Assembly (NCBI GenBank): GCA_003568945.1
Contig: BDIP01000014.1
Span: forward strand, 1-47,041
Reading direction: 5' to 3'
From: Kipferlia bialata
Taxonomy: Eukaryota
DNA: 47,041 nt
Part shown: one piece after another, positions 37,427 to 47,041 of the stretch
Position numbering within the stretch: position 1 is the first letter of the stretch
Layout of the letters: each line of letters opens with the position of its first letter
The notes under the pieces: generated by a model
The model's database searches: none
Told to the model about the DNA's origin: nothing
The model's input: only the letters and a program-made list of their open reading frames with translations
Position numbers and translations under genes: made by a program

Positions 37427-40400
37427 CATATATTCATGAATCAGGCCCTCCAGTCCCTGACACCCTCTGCTGCTGTTCGCTCTCTCTATATATATATTAC
37501 TATATACATACATACTTATGAATACAATCATATACTCTTACTCTAGGCCCTCCAGTCCCTGACCCCCTCTGCTGCTGGCACCTACACCATCCTGGACATA
37601 GAGAAGAGAGGGGCAGAAGGTATGCATACCAGTGTATATATATAGGTATATATATATATGTGTGTGTGTGTGTGATAGTGTAATGATGGCACCTACAGTA
37701 GGGGGGCGGAAGGTATGTATATATCAGTATAATGAAAATGTATTAGTGGTGTACGATATAGTACTATTTGCTCAACCCCAGGCCTCATTGTCCAGATGAC
37801 CAAGTTACAATTATCATGTGTCTATATATATAGTCATAGGTGGGCAGAGTATATACTAACCCCAGGCCTCATTGTCCAGATGACCAAGGCACTCCAGGAC
37901 CTGAGGTACCATCAGACCATAGATGTAGATATCATTACGCTCTCTCTCTCTGTCTCTCTGTCTCTCTCTCGCTCTGTCGCTGTTGTTCTCTGCTCTCTAA
38001 CCCCCAGGTGTGCCGTGACCCCAGTCCTATCTACCCTCAGGAATAGGGGTGTAGAGGGAGTGCCACTCAGCATAAACAGGTACATCGATACTATCTGGAG
38101 TCTATATCGAGGTCTGTATATATATATCCCCGGGTATAGAAGGGATGTCACTCAGCATTAACAGGTATTGCATGTATATATATATGTGTTCATTGTTGCA
38201 TTTACTGTCCTGTATACCCTGTCCTTGACGCCAGCCACACCCTCAGGGATACATACTCTATATATTATTGTAATTTATAGTATCAGTCTATGAGTGGTAT
38301 GTTTGTAGTGTATATGACAGTATGAGTGGTATGTTTGTAGTGTATATGACAGGTGACTGACCCCCAGCCACACCCTCAGGGGCATGATGCATACTCTGTT
38401 AATAATACTGTTATTTATAGTAATAGTTTAACATTTGTATGTTGTAGTGTTAACACATCATGTCCCTGACCCCCAGCCACACCCTCAGGGACACCCTCAC
38501 AAGGGCACTGGAGGAGGCAGAGACTGAGGTAGATATTTAGTACTTCATAATGGATCCATCTAATGTGGTGTATTTATATATATGTGTGTGTGTATATATG
38601 TAGTTGATACCCTGTCAAGGGCACTGGAGGAGGCAGAGACAGAGGTATATATATGTGTGTCTATATATAAATATACATACTATACATGTTTTGCATGTGT
38701 GTGTTGTAGCTGCACCCTGACACAGTCAGAGGTAGATATTAGCATTCATGTCAATTGTGTGGTATATGTTTATACCTATAGCAAATGCAAGGTTACACTG
38801 GAGGAGGCAGGGACAGTGCATTATTGTATCTGTCTCACCCCCATGATCCCTCTTTCTTTACTCTACTCTCTCTCCCCCAATCTTAGTGTATTACAATAGT
38901 AGCCTACTCATCCTTAGATTGCCTCCCTGACCCCTGCATCCCCCCACCACATTCTGATGGAGGTCTCCCTGACTCTGGCACAAACTAGCAGGCATGTCTA
39001 TGTATACTCATATATATGAATGTGTATGCATAGTCACTCATACATATAATCCTGGCATATAGTAATTACAATCCCCATACGCAGGAAATGTATTTGTCTT
39101 GGAATATGAGAGAGAAATTCCTTATGGTAACCTCACCTTTAGGCTAGTCTTTGACACCAAGCGCACCCTGGACAAGTACCTACCCTTACAGGGAGAGAGA
39201 GAGAAGAGGAGGGAGAGGGTATCGCGTAGCTCTGCAGAGAGTAGTGAGACTGACAAGGAGGGGGAGAGAGTGCCGCTGGTGCTGCCACTCCTGGGGAGCA
39301 GGTACTCTATTCACTCTACAAGCTGTATTCCCATGCATACTCTCTGTGTCAGTCTGTTTTTGTATACACACTGTCATTATCATATCCGCTATGTCTTCTA
39401 ACCCTGAGGCTGATGCACAGCAACCCCAGCATGCCTCTCAATGCACAGATCAGAGAGGTAGGATGGGAATATCAGTCTACCTGGTGACATGTCTGAACAT
39501 AAGCTCTCTCTCTTTTTGTACAAATGTGTATGTATACATATATATATTCACCCCCAGAAGTGTGTCTCTGTCCTGGGCTAATTCTCTCTCCCTCTCTCTC
39601 CCTCTCTCTCCCATTCTCTTCTCTGTCTCTCTCTACATATGTATATACTCACCCCCAGAAGTGTGTCTCTGTGGCCTGGCCCCTGACCTGGGCATATTCT
39701 CTCTCTCTCTATTCATTCATTTTTGTGTTAGTGCTCACCCCCAGAAATGTGTCTCTGTGGCCTGGCCTCTAGCCTGGGCATCAGCCCCACCCCCTGAGCA
39801 GGGGAAGGGAGAGGGAGAGAGTACCAAGGCGAGGAGAAAGAGATCCTCTGGGCCCCAGGGGCTACCCACTCTCTCTGCTCTGTTCGATAGAGTGGGAGGG
39901 AGAGAGAGACGGGGGGAGAGGGAGATTCGTGTCCAGGACTCATTGGCCATTCCAAGGTATGGGTGTGCTCTCTTCCTGTATTTGTGTATTAGCCTAAGTA
40001 TAATGTTGTATATTAACCCCCCCCCCTAGGCAATGATACTTGTCTCCCACTATGTCAGTGTAACGATCGACTACGATCCACCTTCTGACACTGTAGCTTC
40101 CCCCCCTGTCCCCTAGGTGTGGATATCCATGTGGACTCCCTACAGTCACATCCCAAGGAGGGAGACAGAGAGAGAGAGAGAGAGGGAGAGAGAGAGGGTG
40201 TGGACAAGATGCTAGTGTCATACTGTCTGAGCATGGAGCCGGTCAGGTTGGGCAAGGGGTCCACAAAGCAGGTAGCTTGTAAATATACCAATAGTATATG
40301 TCTAAAGCGAAATGATACCAGTTATCCCCCCTAACCCCCAGTTGAAGAATATGTCAATGAATTATCTTACGAGTCAAGGTGTTACTGTACGCTGACTCAT

Positions 40401-43400
40401 TCATACTTCTGACCCTCAGTTGAAATATTAATGAATTATTATCTTACTATTTCTTCATCTGTACTCTGACTCATTGATACTTCTAACCCTCAGTTGAAGA
40501 AGGAGCATTGCTGCTGTTCATTCCCTATGTCTTCACTTCTTTTAACCATAATATCATTAATTCTTTACTCTGACTCATTCATACTTCTGACCCTCAGTTG
40601 AAGAATTGCTATGAGGTCGTTGCCAAGACTGCCTAATTATTAATAGTTACTATAATAATCATACGAGTATGAATTAGAGATCATTTACCTGTGCTCTGAC
40701 TCAATATGCCTCTAACCAAGATGAGATCATTCAACTATGTCTTCACTTCTTCTAACCCTCAGTTGAAGAAGGGCTATGAGATGCTTGCCCAGACTGCCAG
40801 CAATGCCAAGGTTCCTAACCCACCCAGCACCAAGAGACAGCCGACTTGGAGGGAGATTGACGACCTTGCCAAGGCTATAGCAGGTAGATAGTGGCACAAT
40901 TCCCGTACGCTTGACGCTAATGCTAGGCACCACCAGGAACCTTGGCACCTATATATGTTGTATATATATATACTTTCACAACACTCATTGTGTGTGGTCT
41001 TCATGTAGACAGTAACTGACGCTAATGATAGGCACCACTTCCAACCTTGGCACCTCTGCCCCCAAGGAGGGACAGCTAGACATGGTGACATCACGCATGG
41101 GGGTGGAGGTGAGTGTTTTGACCTTTGGTTGAATGGTACTACTTTGTATTGAGATATGGTTGTATTGGAGCAGCTACCGTAGCTGGTAGCTATTGGAGAT
41201 ACTATATATATAAATAGTACTTTGTGTCACTCGAGTCTAACCCCCCTGATTGTGTATAGACACCCCCAGCAGGGTATAAACTGTATTCATATATATATTC
41301 ATATGTATATATATATATATGTAGTGTATTGTCTTACCCCCAGATTGTGTATAGACACCCCCAGCAGGGAGTGGTCCTGTCGTCATACCCAAGGTTGGTA
41401 GTGTATATATGAATACGCTCTCCTCTTTCTCTTGGTATTATGTATATGTCCTATTGCCTATCAGCATCAGTATCAGTGTCAGAGTCCTTGATCTGTCCAT
41501 ATCCAATGGTTTGTATGTTAGATACATGTGTTACGTATTTGTATGCATTCTCACCCCCCAAGGAGCCTCTCCTCTGTCCACATCCACGGTGTCCCGTTGC
41601 TCCACAGACCACTGTACGGGCCCCCATTGGTACCTAGGGTATGTACAATATATCTATATGTATATATATATATGTATTCATTCGCGATGTTGTGTACTAT
41701 TGCTCACTGTGCCAGGGACCCCCCTTTGGTACCGCCGACAGATCCCAACTAAAGGGTGCAGCGAGAGAGAGACTGAGGGAGAGAGAGTGCCGGGCCATAG
41801 CGTGGAGACACAGAGTGACCCCAGTCTCAATGTACACCGACATTGTCAGGGAGGCACTCAAGACGGGGAGGTGTGTATTGTACAATGTATATATAGATTC
41901 ATTCTACAAAGAGGTTCTACTCCTATTCAATAGTACTAATCAGTGTTTGCTAGCAATTAACCTCAGCTCCCCTCTGAAGCCCGTGCCCCTGCCTCTAGTC
42001 ATAGCACCAATGTCTAGGTATGGCATACATATATGATAAAGGATGTAATATGAATATATGTGCCTATGCTGAATCTCTTTCCCTACTGACGGCATGGACT
42101 ATTGTTAGTGTTATAGTATTTTCGGACTCTACTAACAAGCCAGACTCGAGATGATCAGACACACGTGCAAGGTGGAGAACAAGTACATCAAGGTATACAT
42201 GTGAATATCAATATTGACACGGTATGTATATGTATTAGGCTCCTAGGCTCCTGGTACATAGGTTCATTTATTGATTTGGAACGTCGTTGTTGTCTTACCC
42301 TCAGCTATCGATGAGTGTCAGGAATGACCTCTATATGAAGCAAGAAGAGTCAGGGGCAGAGGCTTTAACCAGTATGGGAAGTAAGAGAGGGAGGGAGAGG
42401 GAGAGAGTGACTAGGGAGAAGCCCGTGGGTATGACACTGATAGTGGCCAGGGTGGGGTTGACCGTTAAGGGTGAGTTGTCTACTCAAGGAGTCTCCTTGG
42501 AATTCGAACATTGTGGCTATCTCTCCCCCACCTATATGTTCAAATGTACTAATCTATATACACTGTATATATACTGTGTATTCCCGCAGCTTATTCTAGG
42601 TCCTAATGGGTGCACGGCCAGAGTAAGGAGACCAGACACAGGTGGGGTGTTGGTTCTGTATACACTATATATACATCCACAGATACATCTGTACCATGCC
42701 TGTCTACCTTCATACCTTCTCTCACACCTAGGCAACTACCTTTTTGTTATGTCTGTCTACCTTCATACCTTCTCTTACACCCTAGGCAACTGGGCCAAGC
42801 TTCCTGCCCAGCTGAGCTACCCACTGTGTGCTCCACTGACATCTCAGGTACGCTCTCTCTCTCTCTCTCTCTCTCTCCCTCTCTTTGCCATACTATTTAT
42901 ATTCCATATATTTTTCACACTCAATACCTATACTGTAAATGCATAGTGTATGTGTACTTACCTCCAGCGCTCCTCATACGCCAGTGCTTGTGCCAAGACA
43001 GAGTGTTTCAGGTGTGTACTACCATATCAATATGTATATATCTATATATATACGTATGGACATACAACGTTACATATCCCGTTGCTATGTTAGTTGTGTT
43101 AGTATACCAATGCAGATTCCAACGTCTCTCCTCTCTCTTAGGCAGCTGGTTAGTTGGATATACCTACATCACTATGTAAAGTATACATATACATAGTATA
43201 ATTTATATATGCCCCATCAATGTCTGACACCAGCATGTCCCATGGGTCCCTTGTCCAGACATCATGTGGGTGTGGGTGCATGGTACGTAAGTGTACACCA
43301 GTATGCCTACGTAATATATTTGATATTGTATCGTGTGCACAACGTACTGACGCTATATCTCACCCCAGGTCAGTGCCGCCCAGCCTGCATCGGACATTCC

Positions 43401-44001
43401 CAGACAGGTATGAATGATTTCACACTCTATGTGTATATGTATATACCACATATATGGATAGCCTATCAATGCAACACATGCCATTGACTCTCCCATGGTA
43501 CAGACCCAGATAGGGAGAGCTACTCCCATACTCTCATCCTTCATACTCCGTCCACCAATCACCCCAGCTCTCCCTCGTTGTCCCCATGATAGGTGTAGGA
43601 GAGGGACATGTGTATGATACATATAATATATATCCATGTTCTATCTAATTGCTACCCCCTTCTCTCCTGATCTTAGCTCTCCCTCGTTGTCCCCCTTATA
43701 GGTGTCGGAGAGGGCCAGCCCACAGCCACATCAGAGATTGAGTGTGAGGCAGTCATCGAGTGCTACATGGTGCCTGAGTACAGGTATGACGATATACAAT
43801 TGTATATATTCAGTCTACAATATATGTATGTACAAATTTCAAATGTGGTGCCAGAGTACAGGTATGTAGACGTAGTATAGTAGTAGTGCCCATGTTTGTC
43901 TTTATTTTACATCGTGTAGTTTGTGCCCCACCCCCAGGTTCTACACCCATGTGCACCAGGGTGACACATACCCGAGAGCTATCAAGAGACTGTATGACTA
44001 G
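36776..44001 (+). CDS. Large multi-exon hypothetical protein, 5'-incomplete
   Basis: Exons ..SKALAKTPAVAKRTLPQ, ALQSLTPSAAGTYTILDIEKRG, LVFDTKRTLDKYLP, LKKGYEMLAQTAS...WREIDDLAKAIA, GPPFGTADRS, LSMSVRNDLYMK, and terminal FYTHVHQGDTYPRAIKRLYD*. No family recognised. Confidence 0.5.
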
Positions 44002-44196
44002 AAGGGTCATAGTCATACAGTGACTGTATGACTAGGACCCAAGGAGTAACACTGAGACAGAGATTCAGATGCCTGTTGAATTATCTGACTCTGATGCACA
44101 CGTATACACACACATCCCTTTTCATTACAATTTCATTTGTACCAATAGATATCATTGGGATGACTTGTTACTGCTGGAGTGGAAGTGGTATTAAAT

Positions 44197-45909
44197 CTAC
44201 TTGTGCCGTTGTTTCTTCTCCTTTCTGTGGATGTGTGCACACGAAATGGCCCAGTCGCCACAGCCTGGTCTGAGTATGTATAGAGGAGAGAAGCATTAGT
44301 GTAGATATAGGTGTATGTGTGTGTATATATGTCATTATCGTGATGTGCATAGTACATGGCCCAGTCGCCACAGCCTTGGGTCAGAAGGGCAGGGTAGAGA
44401 AGAGTGTGCATGAACATACACACTAGCATATATGAATACACATGTACAATATATGTGCACCTACCATGCTGGTGTGGTACTCAAGCGTTAACAACCAACC
44501 CAGATATATATATATATGTATATATATATACTTCAAATTTGTATACCCACGTTCATGCGTACCTGCCATGCTGGTGTGGTACTCATGCCCCAGCACCTCT
44601 GGATCCAACTCTATAACCAGAGTGCTATCAGCCTGTACCCGTATCAATGTAGTTGGGTTGATCAGTGCATAAGCACTACCCAGCATGTTTGCATCATCAG
44701 TGATTAAAGGGTCCAAGGTATCAGTGGGTAAAGGGTCCAAGGGTACTATATCATGTGAGACTGTATCCCTCAGCCAGTATGAGACATCAGACCCATAGCT
44801 GCTATGGGTGGGTTCAGTCAGCTGCAAGTGGTGCCTTCCAATCGGTATGATGCATGTTGTCCTGTATGCGGCATTGGTCTCTGGATAGACACTCCACATA
44901 TCAGTCTCCTGACTCCACCTTCTACTATCTGCACAGTAGGACACGATGTTGTGACATGCATTCGAGTGCTTACTCACTCCGAGGTCTGGGCTGACTATCT
45001 GGCCACTGAACCCAGTCCCAGGGGTCCTAGGGTGAGGTATGTACCTATTGTCTACTCTCAGGTACCATGCCTCATATGTGTATGAATGTACATATATATG
45101 TATACATGTGTGTGTGTGTGTATCATATATTATATACCTATTCTGATACTGCCCCCACCCCTCACTTTGAGTCCACTCCCGTACACATTTGTACCTCTTA
45201 TATACACCTAGAAGTATATATATATGTGTGTGTGTGTGTGTATCATATACCTGTTCTGATACTTAGTCCACCCGTCACTCAGCGTCCACTCCCAGGTGCC
45301 ATCCCTCAGTCTCTTCTTGTTGCGTCTCGTGTCCATCTTGGGATGACTGATACCACCTGAGATCATATATCAACTGACGAAGGAATAACTAAGTTAACGT
45401 ATGTTATAGAACGCCAAGGTAATATCCAAGAGTATACTATATATACATATATGTATACATATAGGAATTGCATGATACCTGTCAACAGGGCTGACTCAAC
45501 TTAGGTACATCCATCAACACACATCACAGGCATTGTCCTAGAGTATAGAATGGTATACAATGTGTGTATGTATATATATACCTGTCAACACAAGTGCATC
45601 CCCATCAACACACATCACAGGCATGATCCAANNNNNNNNNNNNNNNNNNNNNNNNNNNNNNNNNNNNNNNNNNNNNNNNNNNNNNNNNNNNNNNNNNNNN
45701 NNNNACTATAAACTATATATATATATATGTATACCTGTCAACACAAGTGCATCCCCATCCATACACGTGACAGGCGTGATCCAAGAGTATAGAATAGTAT
45801 ATATATATATGTATGTATGTATGTATACCTGTCAACACAAGTGTGTCCCCATCCACACACATCACAGGCATAATCTTAGAACATAGAATAGTACATACTA
45901 TATATATAT

Positions 45910-45949
<40 letters not shown>

Positions 45950-46977
45950 TCACATACCTGTCAACACAAGTGCATCCCCATCAACACACATGACAGGCAA
46001 TATTCCAAGTATAGAACTGATTATACTGAATATACATGCACTAATACCTGTCAACACAAGAGTGTCTCCATCCACACACATCACAGGCATGATCCTTGGC
46101 TGGGGTGTGCGTTTAAGGACGTGTTTCACTTCAACCCAGGGCATAACATCCCTCCTTCTTGTGTCATAAGGGCCCAGAGACTCCACATCTGATCCTCTGA
46201 ACAAGACGTCCACCTTGCACACCCACATGCACCACCTGGGGTCAGTTCCTCCCTTTTCATCACGATATAGACACATACTGGGTATTATACAACTATATAG
46301 AGTATGCTACCTTGGTGTCACTGAGTGCAGCAGGTGGTCCCAGATACCAATATATATATAACTGAAATAATATATATAACTGACTGTATACCATCTTTAT
46401 ACATATGTATAATAACATAAGTACTGTGTTCATTATATGTATACCTAGGTGTCACTGAGTGCAGCAGGTGGTCCCCATATGCCACCACCACCCCGCCCAC
46501 CCTATACAGCTGTACATCCACTGTACTACCCCCACCCCAAGGTGGGCCATCAATCTCAATAGAGCGGAGAGAAGGCCCGTCATTATCGTCAGTGATGAGA
46601 GAGAGTATCCTCCACTGCTGAATACCCCTGTGACCAGTGTATGTCAGCATGACCTCATTGCAGCCTAGGGGGGCGACAGAGATACGCTTCCCCGCTGAGA
46701 GTAAGAATAGAGGAAGATAGAGAGAGAGAGAGAGGTGAAGCGAACTCGTAGTCCGAATATTGAGTATACAAATAGTATAGAGGGAGAGTAGATAGTAGTA
46801 GTAGTAGTAGGCCTTGTAGTAAAGTATAGAGTGTACAGGAAGGTAGTTTGGGTAGCTAAAGTGTACCGAATGGTACCTGATGTAGCATGTACCGCTATCT
46901 CTATCCCAGGGACAACCGATGGGAGAGAGGTGCAGTGCGTGAACCAAGGTTGCCTCTTTGACATATTGCAACAGTCA
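44197..46977 (-). CDS. Divergent Kelch/beta-propeller-like protein, 5'-incomplete
   Basis: RISVAPLGCNEVML...VQLYRVGGVVVAYG, PQPRIMPVMCVDGDTLVLT|GG (Kelch-like PR...GG), IIPIGRHHLQL...WLRDTVSHDIV...LVIELDPE, terminal GCGDWAISCAHIHRKEKKQRHK*. Confidence 0.6.
45476..46095 (-). repeat. Tandem exon-end+donor echoes (at least 5 copies plus a degenerate one)
   Basis: atacctgtcaacacaag...ccatc.acacac.t.acaggca repeated at about 45581, 45735, 45828, 45957 and 46047 (true exon). Confidence 0.9.
45632..45704. other. Assembly gap (N run)
   Basis: Run of n inside a tandem repeat array. Confidence 1.
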
Positions 46978-46986
46978 CTGGGGGTA

Positions 46987-47020
<34 letters not shown>

Positions 47021-47041
47021 GGGAGGGCGGGGTCCCCCTAC

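Noticed and set aside
36776..44001. Faint resemblance of the large protein to TAF1 (HRP and GxW motifs)
   Set aside because: The motifs are too short to support an assignment without a profile search.
1..47041. tRNA/rRNA genes or transposase/reverse-transcriptase ORFs
   Set aside because: None recognised by eye. Small ncRNAs cannot be excluded without covariance-model searches.

Overview
Intron-dense, gene-dense eukaryotic genomic DNA. It has GT/GC-AG introns with a C-rich fused branch-point/acceptor (CTNACCCC(C)AG), many (TA)n/(CT)n/(TG)n microsatellites and three N-gaps. The style is consistent with a free-living fornicate such as Kipferlia, which is an inference only. Reading exon chains by hand gives about 15 spliced genes or gene fragments. 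Recognisable products: a secreted tandem SBP-family-3 (PBP2) protein that looks circularly permuted, the 5' part of BMS1, a large AT-hook/RVxF low-complexity protein, a bacterial-type VOC/glyoxalase with introns, an HA-domain protein, a stand-alone pseudouridine-5'-phosphate glycosidase, the 5' part of a DUF985/cupin_5 gene and two related beta-propeller-like proteins. The most striking unexplained structure is a window-wide system of intronic 'echoes': 2-6 tandem, truncated copies of a splice site plus the adjoining 15-45 nt of exon, which often differ from the true exon at synonymous positions. In addition, three long poly-C tracts coincide with switches between unrelated genes, most likely chimeric joins. 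Exon boundaries were read by eye and are approximate unless stated.
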